From Prorocentrum cordatum (taxonomy: Eukaryota), in assembly GCA_963575745.1 (NCBI GenBank), contig CAUYUJ010000106.1:62001-118170 (forward strand): 56,170 nucleotides of DNA. The letters run 5' to 3'. Each line of letters begins with the position of its first letter. Positions within the stretch are counted from its first letter, which is position 1. Both the position numbers and the translations under genes were made by a program. Below are positions 36,067-49,599 of this stretch, piece after piece. The notes beneath the pieces were generated by a model that was given only the letters and a program-made list of their open reading frames with translations, had not been told where the DNA came from and made no database searches.

Positions 36067-39000
36067 CGAGGCCATCGTACGGTAGTCGGCCTGACCGAAG
36101 GAACGATGAACAAGGACTATGTTGTTCCCGACCTACTCAAGGACCGCACCCCAGAAGTGGTTTCGAGCACCCAGGAAAAAGTGTCAAAAGAGTGTCGAGA
36201 CAGCGTCGCGACAGTGTCAGGCGAGTGTCTCCCAGGGCCCGGCACGTGAAAACCCTCGAATTTCGGTACTTTTTGGGGCGCTCGAAATTCTTCCTGGTGA
36301 TCAAGGCTAAAGTAGGTTGGAGCATCCAAGGAACGGAGCCCCTTATTTTCCAAAGTAAGTCTAGGAAGTCCAACGTAGCACCAGGGGGACTCGCCGCCAG
36401 AAAGGTAGTGGGACGCATGCAAACCAAAGAAATGGCCGAGCCCCTTTTGAAAAGGAAGTGTTCCTTATTCAAGTCGGACCCTGTAAGGTTGGCGCAGGAT
36501 CCCAAACGCAACCAGCATCGTGGCTGCGGCATCGCTGGCAGCGTGACTGATTCGGCATCAGCACGCGGGAGGTGCAGTACTCCGAATACGCGGATGGGAA
36601 GGCATCGTCGGCGCTGGAGGTCGCCGAGCCCGAGGAGGAGGCTGGCTGGGCGCTCGCCGACTCCTTGGCTGAGGGCCTCATGGAAGCCAGAGCTGCGGCT
36701 TGGGCCGCCAGGGTGCCGGAGGACGACACCGACCGCTGCGTGATGGCAGCGCGGACTGCTACGCCGCCGAGGCTCCCGCTCTCCCCCGCGCCGGAGGCCC
36801 CGACGAAGGGGAACATCGACTTCCTGGAGCGGGCGCAGCCGACGTCCGCCGTGACGAACAAGGAGAGCATGTTCAAGAAGTTTGAGGAGGCCCTCGATGA
36901 CTGCGACCCAGCGGGCGAGGAGAGGGAGAAGGGGCATGGCGAGATTGAGGAGCCGGGTGTGTAGCACTTCTTCATTGGGGACGGATGCGACGAGGCCGAC
37001 GGCATCAGTAAGACCGTCGAGTGGGAGACGAAGGGCTCGGATTGCGAGGAGTCCCAGGCGAAGAAGGACGTGGTAACCGTGGCCACCGTTTTGAAGGACC
37101 AGGTGCACGTGAAATCCGCGGCCGGTGCTGTGCGCTGGACGGACGCTCTGGACGAGGGCACTAGGCTGGTGCTGTCCGCGATCCTGGCGACGGACCCTGG
37201 TGCTGTCCGCGATCCCGGCTGGTGCTGCCCGCGATCCCGGCCGTAGGGTCGGTAGACACGGCCGCTGCCGGGGGCGTGCGCGCGCAGGCGCCGCAGGTGA
37301 AGGTCGCGAGTCCGAGGGCCACGGCCAGGGGGCAAGCTACGACGTGGTCGAGGAGAGCGTGCTCACGAACACGGCCGGTGCGGCAGACGCTGAAGGACAC
37401 GGCCGATGAGAAGCCGCCGCGCGTGGGCTTTCGACCGAGGAGGCGGAGGCGAAGCGGCAACGCCTTGCGGCAGGCCCTGTAGAAGCCGAACGGAACTATG
37501 AGGCGCGCCGGTCCTAAGGCGGCGTGCGGCGCGCTTGCGAGGCCAGCTGGAAGGCTGGCGTGGACTACAGGAGGGGGATGTTCCTGTTGCCTGCGAAGGT
37601 GCGTCCTGTATCAGCTGAGCGTGGCCATGTCGTACTGGGGGCTTCTGTGCGCAGCATGGGCTGGCAGTGCTCGGTTGTTGGGGTGCATGTTCGAGGCCCT
37701 CGGGACTGGCCAACAGGATCCAAAGGATCCTCCTCCTCCTCCTCCTCCTCCTCCTCCTCCTCCTCCTCCTCCTCCTCCTCCTCCCCCCCTCCTCCTCCTC
37801 ACCCCTCCTCCCCCCCCTTTCCTCCCCCTCCTCCTCATACCCCCTCCTCTTCCTCCTCCCCCTCCTCCTCTCCACCTCTTCCTCTCTTCCAGCTCCTCCA
37901 CCTCGCCACCTCTTCCTCCTCCCTCTTTTCCTCCTCCTCCTCCTGCTCCACCCCTCCTGCTCATCCGGCTCATCCACCTTTCGCCTCCTCCACCTCCTCC
38001 TCCTCTCTCCTCCTCTCCTCCTCCTCCCGCCACCACCGCTGAGATGTCCCAACAGATCCTGCGGCGTTGGGCCTCGCTTTGAATCCGCAGCCGCCCGCGC
38101 CTCCTCCCGCCCCGACTCCCCCGTGCTCCCTCCTCCGCCCCCCGGGGCCTTTGCCCTCCGCCGATCGCCAGGCCAAGAGGCCGATATCAGGCCACTGGCG
38201 GCGTTCAAGCCCCAAACGCGCGCGACGGGGTCGCCGTCGCGTCGACGCGACACGAACATACCGCACACGTCCGTGCTCCCACTCTTGCACAGAACAAAAC
38301 GCCACAGACAACTTTTTGGCGCGCCGCGCGGATGTCTTGGATCCGCGCTGGACCCCCCTCCCTGGCGCGCGGAGCGCGCCGGGGGCGGTGCCGGAGGCGC
38401 CGCCAGGGGGGCCCAGTACGGATCCAAGAAGTCCGCGCGGATCCAAGAAGTCCGCGCGGCGCGCCAACAAGTTTTGTGTCTATGGCTCTTTCATCTGCGA
38501 CGCTCGCAATCCCCCTCCACTTCTCGGAGCTCCGCGCAGATCGCCCGGATCCGCGACGGGCCCACACCAACCCGGGCGCGCGGAGCACGCCACGGGGCGG
38601 CGCCAGAGGCGCCGCCAGAGGGCTCCCGCGCGGATCCGAGAAATCCGCGCGGATCTCCGGAAACTCAGCGAGGGCGCCAACTGCTGTTGGGCATTGTACC
38701 CATTCTTTCCGTACCCATTTCGCTCGTGCCGAAAAACGGGGGGGGGGAGGGGGGGTTGCGAGGGCCCGCGCCGATCGGCAAAACGCGAATCAAAAACTAT
38801 CACCTTGGGTTAGGGCGGGCCTGTCCCCCTAATTACAAGGGGATTTTCAATGGAACAGAGGTCCGCCTGGACCTCCGCGCGCTGGCGCAGCCTGCCGAAC
38901 CAAACGACCGCCGAGAGATTGCGACGCATCCACCGGAGTGTTCGCTGCCTCTGATGGGCGCTCCGTCCCCCCCGTCCTCCCTGGTCCACACCCCCTTCCC

Positions 39001-42000
39001 CCCATCCGGCTCACGATCCTACTTATGTATGCTGGCGGACTGGTTGCAGGTCTTCGGCAGGTTCCGACTCCGGCTCTCATTTTCCCTCCGACTCCTGGTC
39101 CCTTCGGTGATCTTCTGACCCGGGTCAGTCCAGACCCGGGTCAGTCAGGCCTTGCAGAACCCTGCAAGATCCTGCACCCAAACCCGGGTCAATGCTAAGG
39201 ATCCTGCAAGATCCTGCAGGATCCTGCACCCGAACCCGGGTCAATGCGACCCTGTCCCTGCAGGATCCTGCAAGATCGGGCGCTCTGGCTGACCCCCGTT
39301 TGCATTGACCCCCGTCTCAAGGCTCCCGATCCCTTCCCACCTCTCTGTCTCCGGCTCCGACTCCGACTCCGCCCGGCACGCGCGCCCTCGTCCAGCAAGT
39401 GCAGCCAGCGGGCCCCGGCCCACCCCGCGCTGCCCCCAAGGGGCCTGCTGGCCGACCGGCCGGCGGACTCGGCGCGCTCCTGTTCCTGCTCCTGTTCCCC
39501 TCCCTCAATGAACCCCTTTCCCTCGACGGCGCCCTGTCACGCTCTCCCTGCTCCTCCTGCGCCGCACATGCCTCGCCCACCGCCTCGACCGCAGTGCCGC
39601 TCTGCACGCGGTCACCTCCTCGAGCGAGGCGTGGCAAGAGAGGCGCGCTCCCGCTCGTCCATGTGAGACTGGCCTCGGCAAGTGTCATACTTGCAGGACG
39701 GCGGCAGTGAAAGCTGAATGATGATAAGATGGCCTGACCATGCGCATGTGCTTCTCACTGCGCCGGAGCAATAACAAGAGGTCGAGGCTATGTTGCATGC
39801 GCGTGGCAACAAACAACGCCTGCAACGTCAAATGACGTGCAACCTCTTGACAACAAACAAACAGGCTGGCAAAACTGAACCGTGCAGCCCTGAATATCTG
39901 TCAAGCCGTTCCACGAGCCAACATGAACAAAAAGACTGCGTCACGCTTCCCATCATACGCGACGCGACGCGCACAGACAGGCCTTCGACGTTGAGCCCGT
40001 GCACGTGGCAGGTGGCACTTTCCCTCAGTGCGTTTGCAATCTCCTGGCAAGTGAGTGCTGGGGGGGATGCGAAAAGAGGATGCTCATCCTCCCTCCTCCA
40101 TCCTCCTCTCGGCCACCCGCCAGCGTGGCCCCAGGCAAGAGCGACCTCTGGTGCGCAGCTTTCGGGGGGGCGCGGGGGCGGGGGGGAATGCGCGAGCCCA
40201 AGCGCGCAAGCCGCTGCTGCGGCCAGAGCCAGGACAGAAGAACATCCAGCAACAAGAACACGAGAACCTCCACCTGCCGAGCCGAAGAGCACTCGAGGGT
40301 ACCCCCCCCCCCAGGATGCACAAGAACATGCAGCAAACACGAAGAGCGCTGGTGTGCCCTCTCCGAACCGACCTCGATCTTCTACCCCGGTCCGACCGCA
40401 TTGCACCGTCAGCGATGCCGGGGACCCTAGCGGGCCCGCTCTCAGGGGTCACCGAAAGGCCACCCTTACGCCCCTCTCCTCACTCCTCGTCTCCGCCTGG
40501 CCCCCAAACGATCCTCCATCCTTCGCCCAACTCGGAAACATGGCACGCAAGAAAAAAACGGCCGCAAATACATGTACAACAGCACATGTTGCCCGAAGTC
40601 TGCAGCGGCCGCTGTTGGGTACCCGCAGTGCTGACGGTCAGGTTCGGATTTGCAGCAGAATCCTGGTCAGTGCGCACAGCAGGAGAGGACCAGGGAGTGG
40701 CGGCATCGGCATCCTTTCGATCCCCTGAGGGGGGTAAAGGATGGAACATGAGCGTTAGTTTGAGGAGAGGGGGGGAACAGGAGGGGGGAGAAGGGGAGGA
40801 GGGGGAGGAGGAGGAAGATGAGAAGGATCAGGGAGGAAGAGAAGGAGAAGGAGGGGGAGAGGAGGAGGAGGAGGGAGAACAAGGAGAAGGGGGGGATGGA
40901 CGCGGGGTAAAAGCGAGAGCCCTGTGGGGCGGGGGAGGTAGAAGAGCCTCCCAAGCGGCAGGCTAGGAACAGGGGAGAAGGCGGGGAGGCAGACGGGAAG
41001 GGCACGCGAAACGACAGGGGGCAGAGGACAAGAGGAGGAACACCGCGCGGGCGGCAGTTAACGCCACGCTATACATGTGTCAAGGTGTGGAGGTACGTCG
41101 CGTCGGACCCTCCTCCAGGGGCCGAATATATCCAGATCCAACGCCCGTGGAGGTCCGCGACGATCGTATTCCCAGGCGGTGGCTGTGGATAAATCCCGTC
41201 GCAGAGTCTATTCCGACCCAATCTAGGAGGCCTAGAGCGTTAGGTCGGGCATGTCCCCCTACAGGCACATTTTGGGCGAACCATATAACATTGCCAAAAC
41301 ATATTCACAAGTATAAAAGACGCTCAAAACATCTTCCCCAGACTACAGTGCGGGCGCGGCCGCAAGAAACCCAGAAACCCTGAGAACCCGTGCGAGAGAG
41401 ATCCACCTGAGGGGAAACCCGGAGCACCCTGAACGAAGCAGCTCCTTCAACGGCCGCGGGAAGTCGCCGCGCAGCGCGCGGAGCGAAGAAACCCGAGGAT
41501 ACCCTGACGAAAAGTACATGGCTTCTTGATGCGCGCCCCTACTGTATTTTCAACACATGTTTGCATATTCTAGGGAGCCGAATTCTACACACCGACGCTT
41601 TTCCCGACCCTGCACTGAAATTCGCCCAGGAACGCGGATTCTGGTGTATACGGGATCCTGGTGTATACATGTTTCGTTGGTTCCCTTGGAAAACGGGGGA
41701 AAAGTGTACACCACACCAACCCGCCGCCGTCCCCGACCCTAAAAAAAAGTCGTGGGATGGAAAAAAACGCTCCGCCACTGATAGTGTACATGTTCCAGCT
41801 TGCGAACAAAAATGCTCCAGACAGCTTACCCAGACTATCTTAAACGTGTGTGTGCGCATTGTCCTCCTGCACAGGTTGGCGGAGGACAAACCTCCCTTTA
41901 GTAAACCTCCCTTTAATTAATGAATACGGCCTGGGACCGAAACACCGACGGACCCGGACCCGCGAAAACGACGGCCGCGACGCCCTCTCGCGAACCGAAA

Positions 42001-43920
42001 ACGGCCAATTCCTTAATCGACGTGTCAGGGTAGGAGGTCTATCAACCTCCGATTCCGTGACTTCTGAGGACGCACTCCTTCTCACGACCCCCCCCCCTGG
42101 CGCGCCGCCGACTAGAGTCACCACCCCCCTCTTTGAAGGGGGGGCCCTGGGACACACAAATAAATACACACAAGTAAAAATATTCCCCACATGTTCCAAT
42201 GTTTCCTGGATTTTTGTGTTCCCCCCTTCCCATATTTTCCCATATTTTCTCGGGAATCAACATGTCAGGGTAGGAGGTCTGTCCACCCCCGAATAGGGAC
42301 GTGCCCGACGCAACGCCCGGAGCCTCGGGCCGAGCTGCCACTGGTTATGTATATGCTATGGAAAAACCCTCCGCCACTGGTTATGTATACGTTCCAGCTT
42401 GCGAACAAAAAATGCTCCAGACATCTTCCCCAGACTATCTTAAACATGTGTTTGCACACTCCTCCTGTGACCCGCACCGCCCTGGGGCCCTGCAACTGAC
42501 GCCCAGGGATGGCGGTGACGCTGGTCGAATGGCGAGGGGCGACGGGGGCCCTCTGCAAGGCAGGTGCCCGGCGAGGAGCCATCGTCTGGATGCTGGGTGC
42601 GCCGGGGGCTCCGAGCGCGAGCCACTCAGCTGACGTAACGCCTGGAGCCTCGGGCCGAGAGCTGCCACTGGTTATGTATGCGTTCCAGCTTGCGAACAGA
42701 AACGCTCGAGACATCTTCCCCGGGCTATCTTAAACATGTGTTTGCGCGTTGTCCTCCCGCAGAGGGACGTGCCCGACGCAACGCCCGGAGCCTCGGGCCG
42801 AGCTGCCTCGCGGGCGCGGAGCCCCGCCGCGCCTCCCGCCCACGGCCGGCAGAGGGCGGCCCGCGGGCGGCGGCCTCTCCTCGTCGGGGGCGGCCTCTCC
42901 TATGCTGACGGAGCCGCGGCGCTTGCGCGCCTGGGCGGGGCGCGGCCGCTGCGGAGGGGCCCTGGGACGCGCAGATCAGTGCACAGAAAAAGCCTCCTCC
43001 TCCTCCCTTTCCTCCTCCTCCTCCTCCTCATCTCCTCCTCCTCCTCCCTCCTCCTCCTCCTCCTCCTCCTCCTCCCCCATTGCTCCCCCTCCTCTTGCTG
43101 CTCCTCTGCCTCCGTCTCCTCCTCCTGCTCCTCCTCATCCTCGTTTTCATCTTCGTCGTCTTCAGGGTCGGCGGCAGCGGCCGTAAGGCCTTCGCAATAC
43201 ACACAAATAACAGGATCCCCTACATTTTCCAATGTTTTCTGGGTTGTCTCGTCTTCACCCCCACTTCCCATATTTTCCCACATTTTCTGGGGAATCGACG
43301 ATGACTTGTGTCTGTGTGTTTTTGTTCCCTCCTGAGCCGTGGATCTGGATGCCTGGAGGGACGCGAGCATCCCAGTCGAGGTTGGCTGAAGACTGGAAGG
43401 TTCCAAAAAAGGGTTTGCGGGGGAGGGGTGTTCCGAAGAGCCCCCGAGGGGCCTCCGGAACCGCGTCGAAGCAGGGGGTGCGAAGCCCCTGGGGGACCCC
43501 TCGTGGAGAACGCCCTCCCCCAAAACCACCCTTGGAACCCTCCGGGTAGAGGACGCGTGCGAGGACACGAGACCCTTCGGAGGGCCCCCGTGCCCTGGGA
43601 GTGCAGAAGGCATGGGCCGCGAAACACAGGACACGAGCGTGCCATCGGGGAAACCAAAAAGTCACCGATGCCGCTACTCCCCGGACCTCTCCCTGGGCCC
43701 GTTCTGACCAGGACTTCGGCGAGAATCCAGCGGTGGCAGCGAGGGCCTTCCAGGAGGCCCAAAAAGAGGAAAACGAGGCAAGGGTAGACGTATGGTACCT
43801 TTTTTCTTCCTCTGATTGATTTCGCAGGGTCGACCTACTAATCGGCCTCGACTGTATCGGCGGCGAGCCCTGGGGGGGAAGCGAGAAGGAGCGAAGGCAT
43901 TCGAGGAGGTGCTTGGGTTA

Positions 43921-44058
43921 AGTCGGGCCTGTCCCTCTACAGGGGAAATATAACAAATATTAAAAAAATCGTCAGGGGACGATGTTGTAGTATGTTTTGG
44001 GGATCTTTTTGGGCATTTCCATTTTTTTGTACAAAATCCGTAGGAGGACAAGCCGACA
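43921..44058. mobile_element. MITE family A (degenerate right TIR)
   Basis: AGTCGGGCCTGTCCCTCTACAGG ... CCGTAGGAGGACAAGCCGAC. Confidence 0.55.
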
Positions 44059-44766
44059 CACAAACGAATACACACAAATAAACAGATTCCCCATATTTTC
44101 CCATATTTTCTGGGTTTTTGTCTTCCCCCCCGCTTCCCATATTTTCCCTATTTTTTCTGGGGAGTCGACGATTCATTGTGTCTGTGAGTGTTTTTTCCTC
44201 TCCTGAAGGCCCAAACTAATGCTTGGGTCGGGTACGTCGCGAACGGCCTTCCGAGCAGCCTCTGCAGCCCTCGGCGCCCCCGGGGCCGCGGAGGCGCCGC
44301 ACGTACTGCCTCCCGGGCTGCCGGACGCTTCGGGCCCTCGAGGCCCACTGGACTGCCCAAGAAAAAAGGAAAAGACTTTCTCGGAAGTCCCCCGGTCTTC
44401 TGAAGAGTCTTCTGGGCTGTCTCCGCACGCACACACACACACAAACAACAACAAAAAAAACTTCTCAGAAGGCCGCAGCAGGCCTCCTCAGAAGCCCCGC
44501 CGCCTTCTGAGAAGGCCTTTCCCTTCTCACGTCCCTCCCCCTCGATCGCCGCCGAGTCAGAAGGGGGGGGCGCTCGAATGTTCGAAGTTCGAGGTCCCCG
44601 GACGCTTTGGTTGGCCCCCGGCGGCTTTGCAGCCTGGGGATGCCTCCCAGCGGGTGCGCCTCGCCGAGACCGCTCCCGGGGGGCCCCAGGTCCTCCCGAA
44701 CGGCCACCAGGGAGGCCGCCAGGGGACCGGCTCAGGGGGGGGGGGGGACATCGGCCTGGATAGGAA

Positions 44767-44922
44767 GGCACCAACTATACACCAACACCGATCCTGGCCA
44801 GGATCACCCTGGGCCCAGGATCGGTGTATACGCCCTCCTGCCTTGCGCAAGAAGGCATATACACCGATCCTGGGCCCAGGGTGATCCTGGGCCAGGATCG
44901 GTGTTGGTGTATAGTTGGTGCC
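44767..44922. repeat. Near-perfect 156-bp palindrome / foldback
   Basis: GGCACCAACTATACACCAACACCGATCCTGG... is mirrored by ...CCAGGATCGGTGTTGGTGTATAGTTGGTGCC, with nested internal IRs. Confidence 0.85.
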
Positions 44923-46130
44923 CTCCGACTGGAATCGGCGATGCGTCCCCGACAAATCGGCGACAGGCCCCCGATGGCGGAACCAGGCCTTCCTTTCCTG
45001 GGCGGGGTGGGGCCGTCGAGAACACGAACCGACAATCTGAGATTTCCATGCCGAGAGGCCCCCCGAAGACCCCAAGGAACACCCCAGCGGCCCTCCCAAA
45101 AAAACCGAATGAGCCCCGAGAGGCCCCCAAGAGGCCCAAGAGAGGCCCCAAGGAGGCCCCCAACACGCCTCAAACCGGCTTCCACGAGGCTCCGCCAGGC
45201 ACCCAAACAGCTCCCAAAACGCCGACAAGAAACCCCACGGAGTGCCCAATAATCCCGCAAAGCCTCAAACCATGTACTCCGCGCCTCTTCTGGGGGCCGG
45301 CGGAATGGCGTAAGCCTCTTGAATACACGTTCGGAGGTGACGTGCTGAGCGGCAGCGTTTTTTTCGGCGCATGCCTTAATGCAAGGTATCCATTGTATCC
45401 GATAGTTGTACAATTGTTACATATTGTACTGTGATATGTTTTATGTATCCCCCTAACCCCCACTTAGGGTCGCGCCATCCCGCCGATCCAAAGTGTACCC
45501 CCCCATCTCGTGCTCTGAAAACCTTGTTGAAAAAACATATCTGACATCGACGATTTGGGCATCTTGGGCCTCTTGGAAGCTAGAGACTGCTGCAAAAGTG
45601 ACCAGGATGGCCTCGGGGCCGTCCAAGACAGCCCTAAAACAACCCAAGATGGCCCATCCAGGGCTCATGAGGCACTCCAGACAGCCGAAGAGGGCCCCGA
45701 GAGCACCCACAACAGCGCCTCCAGAGACCAAGCTCATTGATTTCCATCGGTCTTTGGCGGATTGTACCGTTCTCGCCTGCTTCGACTCTCAAAAGCCGAT
45801 AACGGCCAACGCAGCGGCCAAAATTGCCCCAAGAAGGCCCAATAACCCTCCAGAAAAGGCCCGAGACAGCCCCGGACCAACCGCAAACGGCCCCCAACAC
45901 GGTCCAGGAGGCCGCCAAGACGGCCCCAGAGGACAAGGCGGCGCGAAGAAACCCAAAGACGGCCTCCGGAGGTGTCAGACGGGCTCCAAGCCCGCCAAGG
46001 CGGCCCCCAAACGGACCGACATGGCCCCGCGAGGCCCTACAGAACCCCCGAGAAACCTCCCAGGGGCCAAGAGTTCCCCAAGAACGCTCCCTGAGGTGCG
46101 CGCAAATACCCTTGCGCATCGTGCGGGAAC

Positions 46131-46191
46131 CTTCATCAAACAGCTCCGCAAGCTGGTCCTCCGTGCATGTGCGACGCTTGTACAGTCGGAT
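46131..46191 (-). CDS. Candidate micro-exon (IRLYKRRTCTEDQLAELFDE)
   Basis: cag|A acceptor, AAG|GT donor, 61 bp, protein-like composition within repeat DNA. Confidence 0.55.
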
Positions 46192-46815
46192 CTGGGAGGG
46201 GGGAGGAGGAGGGAGGAGGAGGAGGAGGAGGAGGAGGAGGAGGAGGAGGAGGAGCAGGAGGAGGAGGAGGAGGAGGAGGAGGAGGATCTGGGGCAGAGCG
46301 TTGCAATTCTGCACCCAGCTCGACGCACGCGGCGAGGTCCAGCGCACCTCCTCCTCTCGGGTACTTCACTTCGCGGCAGAGCTGGGCACAGGCGTGGCCC
46401 CCGAGACGGCTCTCGAAGGACCCCTGCAGCCCCAGCGCGCCCGAAAACTGCCGGAGGCTCCCCCAGAAGTCAGGCAGGTCTCGTGAAGCCGATGCCCACA
46501 AGAAACGCCGAACATCCTCCAAAACGAGCCAGACGCCCGCGCTCTCCGCAAATCCGGACGTGCACCCCGTGAAGCGAAAGGAATCCGCCCGCCCACCCGG
46601 CCGAGGGGCGTGTGGGACCTAACTGCGCGAGCTTCTTGCAGCGCTTTAGTAGCCCCCTTGATCCCCCCCGGAGGGCTTCGCCACTCCGCCGCCCGGCTGC
46701 GCCCAGGCCCCTCTTTGGTCCCCTGAGACGCCTCCAAGACGGCTTCCACGACGAGCTCGAGGTTCGGATCGTTCCAAGGACGCCATCTGGGCGCACTTTG
46801 GCTGCATTTCGAACC

Positions 46816-46879
46816 CGTCGGGGCCCCTTCATTTCGAACTCGTCTTGAATATCTATTTGATCAGCGGCGAGCTGGATCT
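46816..46879 (-). CDS. Candidate micro-exon (IQLAADQIDIQDEFEMK...)
   Basis: ctgccag|ATC acceptor and protein-like codons. Donor position uncertain, so boundaries are approximate. Confidence 0.4.
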
Positions 46880-47731
46880 GGCAGGCGGTCAGCTATCGGC
46901 GGGACGCGTCGGAAGCGAACTGGGCACAATGGAAGCAGAAGGCAGGAGGGGCAGAAGGGGAAAGGCCACAAGACGGCCGCGAGCGCGTACAAACCCTCGT
47001 GCACACAGAGCTGACGACCAAGCTTAGGCGGCGAGCGAGTGGTGGGAATGAGAAAGAGGAGGCATTCTCAGAAGGCGGCGGGACTTCTCAGAAGCCCTCT
47101 GGTCTCCTGAAAGCTGGGTAGTCGAAGCCAATCTGGCGCCAATCTGGCAGGCCCAATCTGGCAAACGGGGGCAATCTGACGAGGGAGCCAACGCGAATCC
47201 AGTCTGGCGAATAACCCAATCCTCCAGTTTGGTCGGGCCAGATTGGCCCTTGGGGCCCAATCCAATCTGACAGTCTGGCCTTCGACTACCCAGGAAAGGC
47301 TTTCTGGGTCTTCGGGGGAGGCTCAGAAAACTTCTCAGGAGACGGTGCGGACTTCCGAGCCGTCTGAGAAGGCCTGCCCCTCCTCAACTCCCCCCGTCAC
47401 TCGCCGCCGAAAGCTGGCCGAGGTCAGGGCTGAACCTAAACGGTGTGTTTCGTTTTCGTTTTGTTTTCGCTTTCCCTCGTTTCGCCTTCAATCCGCCTCT
47501 AACGCAAAACGACATCGAAACGAAAACGGCCCACGCAATCGCCAAAAAACACTGCGTACGTCCACCCCTGGCCGAGGTGTGCCCAGGCCCGGCCACGACA
47601 CGCACGCGCACTCTCCCAGTCGAACGCGCAGTCCTCGGTCCCTGGCTCTGGAAGCGGGAGTTCGCGGAGCGGCGGGACCCGCGCCCGAAGCGGAGGCCAC
47701 GAACCCGGAACACGCTCGGTGTGATGCAGTC

Positions 47732-47839
47732 CTCAGACGTCTGGAGGTCGGAACGGGGTGCGGCAGAAAGGGGTTTGGTGCCAATGATGCAAATGGCGCT
47801 GCCGTCTGCGACAAATGGCATCGCCAACGTCCCCTCCAC
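47732..47839 (-). CDS. Candidate exon (VEGTLAMPFVADGSAICIIG...)
   Basis: ttcag|G acceptor, GAG|GA donor, 108 bp open in phase 0. Confidence 0.45.
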
Positions 47840-48061
47840 CTGAAATCTTGACACCACACCCCTTTTATACCATACCCCCTTTTCCTGCCTCCAGAAGACG
47901 AAGCCAGGACGAGGACGAAAGCGGACCCGGACAAATCGAGGGATCTCCGAGACCCGGCTGTTCTGGAGGAGCAGTGTCGGGCGCCGCGGCCGTCCCCGAG
48001 CGCTCCCGAACGCTCTGGAACGATGCCCCCCAGCCCTGGGCCCGCCGATCCGCTATCCTCA

Positions 48062-48211
48062 GGTCGGGCATGTCCTCCCACAGGGGGATCTCGGACGAGA
48101 AGTAACACATACTCCAAACATGCTTTTGAAATCATCAAATCAAGAAATCGTCCCAATACTATGTTTTGCCCAATGTTTGCAGATTCCTCCCGTAGAGGGA
48201 CAGGCCCGACT
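48062..48211. mobile_element. MITE family A
   Basis: GGTCGGGCATGTCCTCCCACAGG ... CCGTAGAGGGACAGGCCCGACT. Confidence 0.65.
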
Positions 48212-48997
48212 TAGCGCTGTCCTTTGTCTTTCCGGCAGCTCTGGGAGGGGAATCGGAGGCGCCGCTGGGTTTCTGGGCTAGCCTTGTGGATGCCACGACA
48301 ATGGACACCCTGACAGTCCTATCATTGAATTTAAACTGTGTTTAAAATGTAGGGAAATGTTCTAAACATGTCTTAAACATGTTTTACACGCTTAAGACAT
48401 GCCTAACCCATGTTTCAGACATGTGGAAATGATTCGGCAACGTGCTTCCTCTCCACTGATCGTCCTCCACAAGGCTGGCCCACCTCAGCTCCTGCAGCCC
48501 GCCAGTGCCGCCTCAGACACGCCGCCCGTCGCGGACCCCGAAGGCAGAGAGCACGGATTCCAGGCTCGAGCCCGGTGGGCTGGAGAGGCACTCTGGCGGG
48601 GCGGTGGGTCCCCGCCCGAGAGGCTGCGGAGGGAGGCCCCGCCCAGAATCGAAACGATACGACGGATCGGCGATCGAGATGAGTCGGATCGGCGGAAATC
48701 GGCAACCGAGTCGGGAAACGTCGAATCGACGGAAATTGGCAGGCTAGTAGGCCTGCGTTGAGAGATCGGAGCCCAAATCGGACTCCAGAGCCCGAATCGA
48801 ATCGGAATCGGAAGCCACCGAAGTCGAATCGAATCGGATCGGAGGCATCAGCACGAGCCCTGAGGAGGGGCTGCCGTGGCGTTTGGCGTCCCTGGGGCCT
48901 GCCTGCACGCGTGCACGCAAGCACGCTGCCAGCGTGCCGCAAGCCCCGAGTGCCCCGCGAAAGAGCCTGCATATAAACGCGGAGAGAGACGCACGGC

Positions 48998-49064
48998 CTG
49001 CATTTTGCTCTGCTTCTCGATCAGCTCAACCTTCGCCTCCTCCGACAGCTCGAAGTCTCCCCGC
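48998..49064 (-). CDS. Candidate micro-exon (RGDFELSEEAKVELIEKQSKMQ)
   Basis: aag|G acceptor, CAG|GC donor, 67 bp, strong coding-like codon usage. Confidence 0.6.
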
Positions 49065-49599
49065 CTTCGCACATCACAAGATGGCCCATGTAGAAAGAAG
49101 CACACGCACACGTATTATATAGACAGAGAGAGGGAGCGAGAGCGAGAAGAAACGCACAACAGAAAAAGAGAGAAAGAGAGAGGAACCGACACTGGATACA
49201 AACACCGAATACATACATACATACATACATACATACATACATACATACATACATACATACAGACAGACAGACAGACATACATACATACATACATACATAC
49301 ATACATACAGACAGACATACATACATATACACAAGGCTGCGTTGGCGCTGCGCGCCATGCACCTTGGTCCTGAGTTTCGCACGCAAGCGGGGTGCATGCG
49401 TGCGTACATGCGCGCATGCATGTATAGACGCGCGCGCGTGCACGCTCTGCAAACATATCTATGTGTATACCACACATGTATACTGTGTTGTGTACGTGTA
49501 AACAAATTACATATGAACATGTGTATGTATATGTATCTGTCAATCGCAGGTGTTTATTGGTGCACGCACCTCTATGTAATTATGGGTACACATACACAT

